A stretch of 64,000 nucleotides of DNA from Leucoraja erinacea (taxonomy: Eukaryota). The stretch is from positions 156,550,001-156,614,000 of the forward strand of contig NC_073377.1 of the NCBI RefSeq assembly GCF_028641065.1, given 5' to 3'. Shown here in pieces: positions 51,845-64,000 of this stretch (position 1 is the first letter of the stretch; each line of letters begins with the position of its first letter). The notes beneath the pieces are model-generated. The model worked only from the letters and a program-made list of their open reading frames with translations. It made no database searches and was not told the DNA's origin. The translations under genes were made by a program, and so were the position numbers.

Positions 51845-52075
51845 GTGGACTGGTAGAGTAGCCTCACAGCTGTAGTGACCTAGGTTCAATCGTGATTTCT
51901 GGTGCTGCCTATGTGGAAAACTTGCACATTATTTTTGTGACTGGGTGGGTGTCCTGTTAGGTTAATAGGCAACTGGTGTGGCGTGGGGAGAATGCATTAC
52001 AGATAAAATTAATGGAGGTATGAGGTTACTCTGTGATCCAGTGTAGACCTGAGGTTTTGAATTGCCTCCTTCTAT
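51845..52075 (+). mobile_element. HE1/V-SINE-like tRNA-derived SINE, decayed
   Basis: TGGTAGAG...GCCTCACAGC...GGTTCAATC B-box, then GGTGCTGCCTATGTGGA...TTGCAC core. Confidence 0.6.
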
Positions 52076-52794
52076 GATGCAGGAATTATGGAAATATTAT
52101 AAATTCTAGGAACTAATGGTATAGAACATTTCTTATACCTTACCCTATTAATTGTTGGTACTTTGCTCAGTGATAGCACTCAGTAAAAATGTGAACAACT
52201 AATTATCGTGCTCCACTTCTTCCTTTAAAATCAATGGTGTGATTGAATTTGCTGTAATTACACACTAGTCATCACAAACAATTACAGAGTGGCTCTGGAA
52301 GGCTTAGAATCACTTACTGTAAGTGTTTAACTGCTCAGTAGGTCTTAGCACAGTTGCACGAAGTTCCGACAAAACAATATTCACAAGGTCTAAATTGTTG
52401 AAGAGTTATACTCAAGTGCAACTATTTGCAACAATCTAATTACATGTCAGGGGAATTTAATTAATTTACCACCAGGATACACAAGTACTTCCTGACACTG
52501 TGGTTTAGAGACATTTCATTTCATTTTAGTCCTTCAGCCAGAAAAGAGATATAAACAATTTGATCAGGTGCATTTAATTCTTGTTACAGATGAAGTTTGT
52601 AAATAATTAAACCCCCAGCATTAGACTAATAAGACATCTGGCACAGTATAACCTGGAGCTAATATAATGTGACAACTTAGCATGGCATTGATTGGAAGTG
52701 AAGTAATGGCCATTGGTTTCTGGGCCACTGCTAAACCAGATAATTATTTTTAGGACTTTCTTGTAGTTAAATAAATTACTTTTGTTTTAGTTTT

Positions 52795-52928
52795 AGTTTT
52801 TAGAGATACAGTGTGGAAACAGGCCTTTCGGCCCACGGACTCCATGCCGAACAGCGATCACCCGAGCAATAGTTCTATCCTACACACTAGGGACAATATA
52901 TAGAAACCAATTAATCTACAAACTCCAA
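52795..52928 (-). mobile_element. HE1-like SINE 3' half
   Basis: (TTTAG)n tail, GGAAACAGGCCTTTCGGCCCAC, CCTACACACTAGGGACAAT. Confidence 0.7.
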
Positions 52929-53549
52929 CAGCTGAGGAGCTGTGGCTGCGGGCGTCCAGCCGCGGGTGGGCTGCGCTGGATTTAAAACACCGCGGAGTCT
53001 GGGTCCGGGGGGTTCGATGCGCTGGGATCCATCTTTCCCGGCAAGAGGAGATAGGCCCGCCAGTGATCACAGGGGGGTTGTGGGGGCTGTTGCGGGGGGT
53101 TGTGGGGTATAGATGTACGGAAACGTGTGTGTGTGGCGGGGGAGGAAGTTGTGGGTGGAGAGGGTTTTGTGTGCGGGGTGATGGGGGGGAATGAGCTCGG
53201 ACAAAAGACGGGGAAGAGCCACGGGGGAGATGGGGGTATCACAGGGTTGGGGAGGAGGAGGAGACAGCGAGGGGCGGACACTTCCAGTAAAGACGCGATA
53301 GTGCAGGAAGGGGCGGACCATCCTGGTGAGTGACAGGGGAAAAGACTACTACTCATGGCGCTGAACGGCAGGAGAAGAGATCGATCTGCACCGGTGAAGA
53401 TTTTTAAACTTCGCTAACTTTTACGACAATCAACCGGATGGAATGAAACTAGGTACAATCGCAGCACAGGAGAATGGTGAGTGAACTGGCGAAAAACTGT
53501 AACGCTATTGCGAACCGTTTTTGCGCAAATAGAAAGACCGCACAAACTG

Positions 53550-53742
53550 NNNNNNNNNNNNNNNNNNNNNNNNNNNNNNNNNNNNNNNNNNNNNNNNNNN
53601 NNNNNNNNNNNNNNNNNNNNNNNNNNNNNNNNNNNNNNNNNNNNNNNNNNNNNNNNNNNNNNNNNNNNNNNNNNNNNNNNNNNNNNNNNNNNNNNNNNNN
53701 NNNNNNNNNNNNNNNNNNNNNNNNNNNNNNNNNNNNNNNNNN
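53550..53742. other. Assembly gap (N run)
   Basis: Run of n. Confidence 1.
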
Positions 53743-53911
53743 TCATTCATCCATATTGTCTGCAGGACAATCCAAAACTTCATCGTCTAAATAAGAGACA
53801 GTTTCTGGACAAGTGTCATAGTATCATACTTCAACTGGACGTGACATCATCACTTCTACAATGTTCAAAATCCATTTTGATGCATTCCAAAACCAACTCT
53901 ATAAAACCAAG

Positions 53912-54113
53912 TGGTGGGTTTTCTCTGGGTCCTCTGGTTTCCTCCCACACTCCAAAGATATACAGATTTGTGGGTTAAGTGGCTTCAGTAAAATTGTAAA
54001 TTGTCCCTAGTGTGTAGGTTTGTTTTAGTACACAAGCCGATCGCTGGTCGGAGTGGACACGATGGGCCGAAGGGCCTGTCCCCACACTGTATGTCTAAAG
54101 TCTATTGTCTAAA
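53912..54113 (+). mobile_element. HE1-like SINE 3' part
   Basis: GGTTTCCTCCCACACTCCAAAGA V-domain-like core, TTGTCCCTAGTGTGTAGG, GATGGGCCGAAGGGCCTG, GTCTAAA tail. Confidence 0.75.
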
Positions 54114-55050
54114 GTTACCTGGGTGGAAATTGTGCACAAATTTGTTCCTGAGTAAAATTGATTTGTTTCTTCTGGAGAAATTGCAATATATTTCCTCAAC
54201 CAATCCGGCCAGCAATGTTGGATTTTTAATAATATTTTTGTCCCCAAATATTTAAAAACACAATCATTGATATATTTAAGTATGGTTCCTTGGATAGGTT
54301 CTGTATATAAAGCTGGAAATTATAATCATTAATGTGCCCAGGGCACCATCTCCGATGTTAAACAACTGAAAATAACTTTAAAAATAAATTCAGGCTTAGA
54401 AGTATGATTGTTTTACAAAGTCAGTTTCTTTGTCAAAGGAAGATTTGTTTAAGATTTGGCAGGCCCACGGTTACTGATTATTGCTTTATAGTCAACTTGA
54501 AGTAATGGAGTAGATGTGTGTATTCTAGGCGGTGTTTCTAGTGAATCAGCATCACCAAGGCAGTTTAATCTTTCCTTGTACTTACCGACCAACACGAGAC
54601 ACAGTGTTTCCATATCGCCAAAGCCCTACACAATGGCACCAAAACTTCCTTGCGCTTCTTATCCAAACTGTACTTTAAACGTAAAATTAGCATTTGCATT
54701 TGGAGATACTTGTGTAATAGATATCTGTGGCTTAGGTACAACAATACCCTCTGAACAGCAACATCCATTAAGATCTTCCCAAAACAGAGATTTTATTCCA
54801 AAATGCACCAATATCCTTGCAATTTGTGCCAGGATTTAGAAGAACCAGATGGGTTTTCCATGGGCTATTTCCATGGGCGTTAAACATGTCATTAGCTTGT
54901 AAAACATAATTGTAGCTACCTTTCATTAATCTTGGCACTCACTGCATCAATTATAACCACATGAAACAACAGGATCGTTATCATTTCCTAGGAATTCCTG
55001 GCTAAGGTCCCAAAAAAATGTAGAAGGAGCATTTGGAAAATCTGAGAAGA

Positions 55051-55478
55051 TGGCACAGTGGCACAGCAAGTAGAATTGTTACTTCACAGCGCTGAAGACT
55101 CAGGTTCCATCCTGACCTCGGCTGATGCCTGTGTGGAGTTTGCACAATCTCCCAGTGACTCCGTGCGTTTCTCCCGGTGGTTTCCTCTCACATCGCAAAG
55201 ACGTGCAGTTTGGTGCATTAATTAGTCATTTTAAGTTGCCTCTAATATGTGGGTGAGGGGTAGAATCTGAGAAGGGTTGATGGGAAAGTGGGGAAAATGA
55301 AAATGCAGGATTAGTGTAGGTGGATGGTTGATGTCAGCAGTGGCGGACTGGGTCTACAAATATTGGTTGCCAGGAGACAAAGGGGGCCCACTTCATCAAG
55401 GGCCCACCTGACACCCTGGCCAGTCCGCCACTGGATGTCAGCATGGAATCAAAAGGTCTGCTTCTGTGCTGTATGACT
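55051..55478 (+). mobile_element. HE1/V-SINE-like SINE (contains a hAT MITE)
   Basis: GGCACAGTGGCACAGC A-box, GGTTCCATCC B-box, TGTGTGGAGTTTGCAC...GGTTTCCTCTCACATCGCAAAGAC core. Confidence 0.75.
55338..55433. mobile_element. 96-bp hAT MITE
   Basis: Perfect 14-bp TIR CAGTGGCGGACTGG; perfect 8-bp TSD GATGTCAG at 55330-55337 and 55434-55441. Confidence 0.92.
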
Positions 55479-55678
55479 CGAACTCCAACCTCGTGTCCAT
55501 TCATTGCCAGTGCTCAGAAGCCCATTGTAAATGGAAGAATGATACATAATCTCACTCCTCACTGATGGCCATTTCATCAGCAAGGACAAGATGCTGTTTA
55601 TAGAACAGCCTCAGTCTCACACACTATCACTAAATGTCAATTGCTTTGAAGGAGGAGGCAAGTTAAAGTTCCCGTAGA

Positions 55679-56160
55679 TTACACAAAAAAGCTGGAGAAA
55701 CTCAGCGGGTGCAGCAGCGTCTATGGAATGAAGGAAATAGGCAACGTTTTGGGCCGAAACCCTTCTTCAGACTGATCGGGGGCGGGGGTGGGCGGGGACA
55801 AGAAAGGAAAAAGGAGGAGGAGCCCGAAGGCTAGGGGATGGTAGGAGACAGCAGGGGGACTGAGGAAGGGGAGGAGACAGCAAAGACTAACAAAATTGGG
55901 AGAATTCGATGTTCATGCCCCCAGGATGCAGACTCCCCAAACGGAATATGAGGTGCTGTTCCTCCAATTTCCGGTGCTGCTCGCTGTGGCCATGGAGGAG
56001 ACCCAGGACAGAGAGGTCGGAGACGGAGTGGGAGGGGGAGTTGAAGTGCTGAGCCACCGGGAGGTCAGCTTGGTTATTGCGGACCGAGCGGAGGTGTTCG
56101 GCGAAACGATCGCCCAACCTCCGCTTGGTCTCACCGATATAGATCTGCTGACATCTAGAC
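55679..56160 (-). mobile_element. PLE 3' fragment with GIY-YIG endonuclease end
   Basis: IYIGETKRRLGDRFAEH...VAQHFN...GMNIEF*; hammerhead motif at 55741-55772; 14-bp TSD AAAGTTCCCGTAGA at 55665-55678 and 56161-56174. Confidence 0.92.
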
Positions 56161-56448
56161 AAAGTTCCCGTAGAAATGTATAGCATTACCCATGATTTTC
56201 TCCGTTTCACCGGGGTTACAAGCATGGGTAACACCAATGAACTGTCCTCTCTAGCCTGGTCAACCTTTGGGAATGGGGGTCTTCCCCTCCTAACTGATGA
56301 AATGGTCGCTGGGTCCCAGGTTATTCTAGAAGGAGTAGGAAGTTCACATCAAGGTGCAACAATTACCTAATTATCACAGTTCACTTCCTGCACTGTGTGT
56401 GATGTGTGGTTGGAACTGTTTGAGTCACAAAATTTTGAGGACGAGTTA

Positions 56449-56674
56449 TGCCCCTGTCCCACTTAGGAAACCCGAACGGAAACCTCTGGAGACTTTGCGT
56501 CCCACCCAAAGTTTCCGTGTGGTTCCCAGAGGTTGTAGGTGGTTGCCGGAGGTTGCAGGTAGTGGAAGCAGGTAGGGAGACTGACAAAAACCTCCGGAAA
56601 CCGCACGGAAACCTTGGGTGGGGCGCAAAGTCTTCAGAGGTTTCCGTTCAGGTTTCCTAAGTGGGACAGGGGCA
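56449..56674. mobile_element. PIF/Harbinger-type palindromic MITE
   Basis: TIR TGCCCCTGTCCCACTTAGGAAACC...; TTA on both sides. Confidence 0.88.
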
Positions 56675-57449
56675 TTAAGCAGCAAACGATATGCTTTCCA
56701 AGGTGGGACACCTGTCTATGTATGTGTGTGTGAGCTGAGCTGTGAAATGTGAGAGTGCTGCCACTGTGGATTGTGTCCATTTCGAGGCTATTTTTTAATG
56801 ATTTTCAATTCTAAGGGTCAGCAGCCACACATTGTTAAAGTGAGTGAGGACATTGCATTTCTTCCTTCACTGTTCCCAGGGTATGGGGCACCCACTTCCA
56901 GTAATTGAAACTTCCATCCTTTTTCATTTCTGTTCTGAAAACCCATCAGACTTCACAAGCACTGGAGTTGGATTTTTTTTTATGTTGTCCTTGTCCAAGG
57001 AACACGAAGATTTGTAATATTGAAAAAGGTGGTGGTGGTTGTTTTTTTTGGGGGGGGGGGGGGTAGGCATGAAGGGGGGGGGGGGGGGCTTGGGGGGGGC
57101 TTCTCTGTTCTTTCTTATATTCCTGTCCTTGCAACCATTTGACGTGCGCCACAGACACTTCCCGCAATTTTCTGGATCAGTGGACAGGTCCTATTTAAAA
57201 GCAACTATTGCAAGCGTGGCTCAGTAGGTGTCCATGTTTAAAGTACCAATCATGTTTAACCATGCACTGCTCAGAAGCATTTAAACATCACGGCTGGATG
57301 TCGAAACCCATTTATTCAGTTAATTCTGTCATTCTCCCTTTTTCTCCCATCTGGAAATGTATCCAGCACTTCAGAGACCATATCATTTTCAAAATGATAT
57401 TTCATCATAGGGTAAAGCTGCTAATAAAATGCTAAATTGGCAGATTTTT

Positions 57450-57960
57450 TATTTGCAGGAGATGGCCAAACTGGTGAGATCAGCAACTAACGCCTATCAC
57501 GAGGAAGTGACAATGACGTGGCCTCTTGAATCGCTGCCTTGTGATCGGAGTATTGCAATCGATTTGTAAGGGGAGACATTTCAGGATGTTCATGATGAGC
57601 AGAATTAGGTTTCATCCTAAAAGAAGTTCTAGCTAGGAGAGTATGCATGATAAACAAAGGAAGTAGCATGCTGTTAAACTGTCCCATGACCAATCAATCA
57701 TATTAAAGCCATGCAACGCTGCCATGATCAAGGGTAGATAGGGGAGGGCTATTAAACTGGAGGTTGGTTAGACGAATATCACTATCCTTAAATATAAATG
57801 AGTTCAAAAGACAAAGTTGGAGCATTTGTCACCACAGTTTAGCGGAAATCCAGATGATTTCCGGTAAACCCTCCACAATGATCACCCTCTGCTTGCGGTA
57901 TCTACCTTCAAACAGCTGGTTCTCAGCGATGTCTATGTACTCCACATGAATTCAAGAAAT
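57450..57960 (-). mobile_element. Highly decayed CR1-superclade LINE remnant
   Basis: RKQRVIIVEG and SPI-like motifs on the minus strand; fragmentary. Confidence 0.35.
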
Positions 57961-58169
57961 CAATGATCGTTGGATATAGAAAAAGCAATGAATAATGGAC
58001 CAACCGCTTCAAGCTTTCCTTGTAAATCAGCCCTTTCATCTCAAGAATCAAGCTTGGGAATCTTTCCTGAACTGCCTCCAACACAAGTATATTCCTTCTC
58101 TCATCCTCTCATTCTCTCATCATCTACTACAAATCCAATCTGGCAGCTGAGTCGAACTCAGCTAACTCA

Positions 58170-58908
58170 AGGGGCTGTCCCACTGCGGCGACCTAATCCG
58201 TGAGTTCAGAAGAGTTTCCCCTCGACTCATACTCACAGCATGGTCGACATGAGGTCCTAGGAGGTCTTTGTAACTCTCCTTCATGCTCGAGAGTAGTCTC
58301 CGCGTACTCGAGGCCTCAACTGGGTCGCAGCGTATTTTTCAACATGCTGAAAAATGCCCGCGAGTAAAAAAAGGTTGCCATGGAAAAAATCGATACTTTT
58401 TTACTCGTAGGTTTAGTCGAGGAAGGTCGTAGTAGGTCGGCATGTTATTCGTAGGTAATCAAAGGCAATCGACGGTAGTCGAAGATAAAGCTCGTTGAGA
58501 AAAAAAAGGAATGTAAACCAACCGGTAATGTTAAATGCCCGCTAAACTTTATTAAAAGTGTCTCCACTCCTTCTCCCCCCTTCTCCCCCCTTCTCTCTCC
58601 TTCTCTTCCCTTCTCTCCCCTTCTCTCTCCTTCTTTCCCCTTCACTCCCCCCTTCTCTCCCCCTCTCTCTAAAGGACTCTCGTAACTGTGCCCCCACCCT
58701 TTCCGCGCTGTGTGCGTGTGTGTGTGTGCGTTGTGTGCGTGTGTCTAAAGGTGTGTACCGTAACTGTGCGTGTGTCGCATTTTACCTTCGTGTTCGTGTC
58801 GTGGGGTGTGAATTTCATGCGTGACAGCGCTCTGTGTGTGTGTGTGTGCGCGTGTGTGCGCGTGTGTGCATGTGCGTGTGCGTTTGCGTGTGCGTTTGTG
58901 TGTGTGTA

Positions 58909-58983
<75 letters not shown>

Positions 58984-59110
58984 AGACGGTCGATACGGCT
59001 CGCGGTTTCATCGTTGACGGTCGATCCAGCTCGAGGTTTTTCAGGCGAATGCCCTCGGGCTTGAAGGTCGAAGACAGTCGCTGAAAAGTCGCGTTAGTGG
59101 GACAGGCCCT
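58170..59110. mobile_element. PIF/Harbinger-type MITE with internal CT-rich and (GT)n tracts
   Basis: TIR AGGG(G/C)CTGTCCCACT; flanks TCA and TTA; TIR related to the element at 56449. Confidence 0.8.
58833..58983. repeat. (GT)n/(GC)n microsatellite
   Basis: Seen directly. Confidence 0.95.
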
Positions 59111-59582
59111 TTAATGGGACACACACGAATAATACAGGGGAATCGATACGTGTATTATGCAAGGCCATAAGAAAATTACAATTGCACATGTTTCTGTCTG
59201 ATTTTTATTCACTTTCGATTGGGGAACACTGACAAGTTCTTGCGAATACGTTGTTAAAAACATTGAAGGAAAAGTAAAACTCAGTGCATCTGGTGCATGT
59301 TTTGCGTTTAGTGTGCGCAGTAGGCGTGAAAGTTCAAATACAAAAGTTTTTCTGCACGGATGTACACTCTCTTAAAGCAGCCGGGTTATTTCCTTTGCAA
59401 ACAAAACTCGTTGTGTCAAAAAACAACGTTTTTAAAACGTGCCCACCTCATAGATGAGAATGAAAATGCTGTCACCCGCGAACAACTGTTTGAAACGCAC
59501 GAGTATGGAGGGGAAAAGAGTTGGTTGCAAGTAAATCATATGAAGTCAATATTCTGGCTACAACAGAAGGGCCAAGGAATTT

Positions 59583-59700
59583 CAATAGACAATAGACAAT
59601 AGGTGCAAGAGTAGGCTATTCGGCCCCTCGAGCCAGCACCGCCATTCAATGTGATCATGGATGATCATCCACAATCAGTAACCCGTTCCTGCCTTCTCAT
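59583..59700 (-). mobile_element. CR1/HER1-type 3' tail
   Basis: (CAATAGA)n then GGTGCAAGAGTAGGCTATTCGGCCCCTCGAGCC... Confidence 0.8.
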
Positions 59701-60811
59701 TTCAATATGAAATGTATCTTCGTCTTGCATTACGCATTGTGTTCGATCCATTTCTACTTATAGTATAAAATATTATAACTACAAAAACATGAGGCTTGCA
59801 AAATGTTGCCTTAATGCATGACCTGTAAGAGGCTAGGTATTTCCAGATCAGTACAACACTTATACTTTAGTGGTCTTTCTAAAACTTTGCTTTTAACTCA
59901 TAAAGCAATATCAAAATTATAAAGTACTATTAGCTCTAATGTGGCCGTGTCACAATGTAAAGTCACACTCCGGCCATAAATTTACCGTCAACTGCGAGTT
60001 TTAGAATTATTTACATGTTGCCAAAGAATTTTAAACATTTATGCTAGATACGCGGCCAAGTGTCACATTAACTCTGAAAGCAAATAGATCTCAAGCGATT
60101 CTGAATCAATCTAGCCAAAAAAGGTGTTACCTGGGCACATTTATTGCATTTATTTTGACATAGATAGAGTGCTGTGTGTAATGTAAGAAATAAAGTACAT
60201 TACATCAACAAATGGGATTTTAAATGAACCCGAATTTCAATCTAGCTCGATAAGTTATGTTTGCCACTACTGTTGGTCGTGATAACGTATTGATCAATAT
60301 CCTTGATTCATCAAATTTCGACTGCAATTTACTACCTATACTTTTCAGAAGATGCTTTCAATCAGATAGTTTCAGGAGTAGTCCTTGGTTCACGACTAAA
60401 CTTGTTGTGGGATTAAAAAAAAGAGGACAAGTAAAATTCCTTACGTTAGAGAAGGGGGTGAGAGGTACCACCCATAAAGTACACACCAGGATTATAAATT
60501 GGGAAGCCAAAACAATGCAAAAGTTCTGTGCCTCTAGCCCAAACTGAAGACGTTTCAGAGTGAGGATGGGACCAGATCAATTTTCAGGGCAGTTTAAAGG
60601 CTCATTTTTAATGCACTTGTAATGGGGAGGGTTTAATGTTGGTGTCAAACCATCAAAATGGCTTCAAGAGTATTATATTGTTCCAATTTCTGAATTAAAA
60701 AAAAAACTCCACACATGTTCATCTGAGCAGTTCAGGAATCCGTAATTTCAATATGAATCACAAGCCTATTGACAGAGCATTTCTGAGATCTGAGGACCGC
60801 TCGTCATCTTT

Positions 60812-60885
60812 GCAGAGATACAGGATGGAAACAGGTCCTTCGGCTCACCGAGTCCACGCCGACCATCGATCACCCGTTCGTACTA
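60812..60885 (-). mobile_element. HE1-like SINE tail fragment
   Basis: AGAGATACAG..TGGAAACAGG.CCTTCGGC.CACCGAGTCCACGCCGACC. Confidence 0.65.
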
Positions 60886-60889
60886 TTGT

Positions 60890-61745
60890 TATGGTTTCTT
60901 GTGGAGGCTCTTAACAGGTCATACCAAGGGTTTGGCATAGAGCAGGGGGTATCTTCATTCCCGAGGAGAAAGAGTTTCATAGTTGTCAGTTCCCTCCAAT
61001 CAGGGCCTATATGGACTATATGACCTCGGTGACCACAACATACAAGAAGGTTATTAGAGAAATTAAATGATAATCTTAAATGGGCTAGATTTAAGATTAA
61101 GCCTCGTAAACCATGTAGTATTTCTTTGGCTAGAGGAAAGGTTGTAGAGAAAAAGTTTCATGTAGAAGAGGATGAATTCCTGTCTATAATGGAAAAGCCA
61201 GTTAAAAACGTGGGTAGATGGTATAACAGGAAGTTGGATGACACTGAACAGGTTCAGCAACTTAGGGAATATGTTATAGCTGAGTTAGAAAGGATAGAGA
61301 AGTTAGAGTCTCTTGACAAGTTGAAGTTGTGAAGGTTGCCATTTGGGCTATTCCCTAGGTTGATATGGCCATTAACGGTATATAAAGTGCCAGTATCTAA
61401 GATGGGAAGGGTTGAGAGATTGGTGAATTCACATTATTAGGAAATGGTTAGTAGTTCTATGATGTCTTAGTAATGTGGCTTTATATGGGAAAGGTATTCT
61501 CCATTTACCATTGTCTAACCTAACAGAGGAATTTAAGTGTGCTAAGATGAGTCGCATTTATCAGGGAGCAAGGATATCTTAGTTAGTAATCTGGTGTTAA
61601 TATTAATGGAGGGCGGAAGTGGAAGTCAAAGTAGGCAGGACAAGCAGCACAAGCAACTCGGAGACATACAAACAATGTTGGTAGAGTGCAGCAAGGGAAA
61701 GGAGGTCTAGGACTTAGCACAAGGAAACCAGAGAGGGGAAAGACA
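60890..61745 (+). mobile_element. HERO-like (restriction-like-endonuclease clade) non-LTR retrotransposon, RT region
   Basis: PPIRAYMDYMT; EKPVKNVGRWYN..L.DTEQV; KL..L.FGLFPRLIWPLTVY.VP; LHLPLSNLTEEFKCAK; GRKWK; GRVQQGKGGLGL. Confidence 0.75.
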
Positions 61746-61749
61746 CAAG

Positions 61750-61954
61750 ATTCGGATTCAGATTCAGATTCAATCTTTAATGTCATTGTGCAGTGTACAG
61801 TACAGAGACAACGAAATGCAGTTAGCTTCTCACCCAGTTGAGAGAACAGAGAATAATGAGCAGTAATATATATATATGTACAAACAGTAGTAGTAGTGCA
61901 ATGTTTCTGGGGGAAGGAGTCGGGGGGGGGGGTGGGGGGGGGGGGGGGGTGGAA

Positions 61955-61992
<38 letters not shown>

Positions 61993-62195
61993 GGGCAATC
62001 ACCAAGGGGGGGGGGGGGGGGTGACTGGCAATCACCAAGGTGCAGAGTTAAGTAGTGTAACAGCTGCAGGGAAGAAGCTGTTCCTGAACCTGCTGGTTCG
62101 GCAACGGAGAGACCTGTAGCGCCTCCCAGATGGTAGGAGGGTAAACAGACTGTGGTTGGGGTGAGAGCAGTCCTTGGCGATGCTGCGCACCCTTC
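61750..62195 (-). mobile_element. Rex1/Babar LINE 3' fragment
   Basis: RSIAKDCSHPNHSLFTLLPSGRRYRSLRCRTSRFRNSFFPAAV; poly-C tract; ATTAAAGA(TTGAATC/TGAATC)n tail. Confidence 0.85.
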
Positions 62196-62202
62196 CCAGC
62201 CT

Positions 62203-62321
62203 GTAGATTTGGCAGCAGAAGTTGAGCAGCAAGGATGGAGAGCAAGAATACATCGGTAGAGGCGGGTTGTAGAGACTTCACTCCCGCAATCGACCACGTC
62301 GCTATTTGGACAGCTAGGAAT
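62203..62321 (+). mobile_element. HERO-like element, endonuclease C-terminal segment (continues at 63941)
   Basis: DLAAEVEQQGWRARIH / VEAGCRDF / LFGQLGI. Confidence 0.7.
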
Positions 62322-63938
62322 AAGCGAGTTCGGTATTCCGATAAACATAAGGAATCATGGGATTTGTCAAAGGTCATTTGGGGAAAAAAAGCAAACGCAG
62401 CGCTGTATAAATTGTGTATAAATTGTTAACTATTCTACCAATTAATTAATCTAGAATTCTGTCGTCAATAGCTTCCTTTCTTGTTCTGATGTTCACAGAC
62501 TACTTACACAGTCCCAGTTCCAGTTCAGTTCATTAATCTGCAATTATGAGATATTCAAAAAGTTAAAGAATTTATTATTTTCATTTAATCCTTAATGTAT
62601 TTGCAATAATGGAATAAGAAAATATTGCTGTGTTTGAAACATTTTCTTATCTTTATTCATAATTTATGTGTAAAAATATATTTAATCTGAGGCATGCAGT
62701 GACTGTATCCGTGTGATGTGGGATGATGCTTTACCTACAGGCGGTGTGAATGTACCGTTAAGGCAGGGGTTAGTCTGTAGCCCAAAATCATCCGGCCCGC
62801 AGGCGTATTTTATTAGTGACTAGAATGTTGTTCTTGCCTTCAGTGGGACCTTGGCTAGAGTTGTCCCAGTGCTCGAGCAAGGCAGTTCTTCAGGACAGTT
62901 TTGACTGGGATCGTTTAACATTGCCTGAGTTATTGACCAGAGTGAACACCCACTCCTGTGGACATGTCTCACTGCAGAGTCTGTCACAGATGGATTTCAC
63001 TGCCTGTTGGTCAATAATTGGATCGATCTCCTGAACCAGCGGCTGCGGATCTACCGGCGTGTGTTCTTTCCAAACTGAATTCACTGTGGAATGAATCCAT
63101 TAACAGAGCCACACTGCTGCCGGATTCTGAGTCCCTGCCTTTCCTCTTGAACCCTCCTCATCCCCATCAGATGCCAAGTTCCCAGAGCCCTGGTTAAACG
63201 CAGCCAGCCACGGTTAAGTCTGTGAAACCGGCCCCATCAGAGACTATGGGCATGATTAACGATAGAAAGAACCATTCCGCCAATTTGTAGTGGGTGGCTG
63301 GTCGTGAGGAGTGAGAGAGAGAGAGAGGAGAGAGAGAGAGTGGAGGAGTTTGGGGCAAGATTTAATTTCCAGTGTCATGTAAATGATGGACCCTACAATG
63401 GCAGTAGCGAGAGTGAGATAAAAAAATTAAGCACAAAGCGACCTCAATGATCACCATACTTACTGCCGATGTCCTACATACTGCCATTGATAAAGTTACA
63501 TTACAATAGCGCAAGGGGTGAACAAATCCAAATCTATCACAGAAAACTGTAACATTTTGTTTGCCAAAGTTCTTACCAGGCACACCAATAACTGCAATGA
63601 GCGTATAACTGTTAGACCAGTGTCTCAAACTAACTGCCATGTTCAGTGGACATAACATTGCTTTAAGCAATATTATGTCTACTGAACATGGCAGTTAGTT
63701 TGTGACACTGGTCTAACAGTTATACGCTCCAAAGCATAAAGCAATAAAATCAACAAATTCATCGTAGTTTTATGAAAATGAACCATGAAAACATCGTTAA
63801 TAGTTTTGAAAACAGTATTTTCTTACCTCGAAGAAGCAAAACTGGAAAATACGGATGAAATGCGGCTCGGCAGGCGAGAATGTTTATCGTGAATGACCTA
63901 TGACCTGGGCATGCGCAGTTGAAATACCGAACTTGCTT
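62322..63938. mobile_element. AT-duplicating DNA transposon derivative (possibly ISL2EU-like)
   Basis: 16-bp TIR AAGC(G/A)AGTTCGGTATT; AT on both sides; excision restores the host frame GGA ATT TGT GGA CAG (G-I-C-G-Q). Confidence 0.8.
63599..63729. repeat. 131-bp near-perfect palindrome
   Basis: 65-bp arms, 3 mismatches, 1-nt centre. Confidence 0.95.
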
Positions 63939-63940
63939 AT

Positions 63941-64000
63941 TTGTGGACAGAGTTTACGTTAGACCATAAAGGAGATGTCAGAAGCAGCCGAGCAAGGCAG
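63941..64000 (+). mobile_element. HERO-like element C-terminus (runs off the window)
   Basis: CGQSLR*TIKEMSEAAEQG. Confidence 0.7.

Noticed and set aside
55051-55125. tRNA gene
   Set aside because: tRNA-derived SINE head with degenerate boxes continuing into the SINE core; no full cloverleaf
58688-59064. Cys/Val- and His/Thr-rich ORFs
   Set aside because: Translations of a (GT)n microsatellite
61915-62022. Poly-G tract with poly-Pro/Gly ORFs and G-quadruplex potential (also 21868-21892, 57050-57098)
   Set aside because: Homopolymer tracts, at least two of them within LINE 3' UTR sequence; lengths are error-prone and no function is supported

Overview
Vertebrate genomic DNA, most likely from a cartilaginous fish (skate/ray-like; inferred from HE1/HER1-type SINE and CR1 tails and the repeat repertoire). 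The only host gene seen is the 5' end of SLC10A7 on the minus strand (CpG-island promoter, coding exons 1 and 2). The remaining ~60 kb is upstream intergenic DNA packed with nested transposable elements. These include a structurally complete DIRS1-type tyrosine-recombinase retrotransposon interrupted by a CR1 LINE, L1, L2, Tx1, Rex1 and HERO remnants, a minisatellite-inflated Helitron, hAT/Harbinger/AT-flanked DNA elements, and many Penelope-like 3' ends carrying minimal hammerhead motifs. The most striking observation is a ~140-nt non-coding retroposon present twice (4337-4472 minus; ~10377-10518 plus). Its first 54 nt fold into a minimal HDV/CPEB3-like self-cleaving ribozyme, followed by a hairpin body, a (GAA)n tail and target-site duplications. 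In the intact copy the element's 5' end is exactly the predicted cleavage site. All family assignments come from motif recognition by eye; no searches were run.
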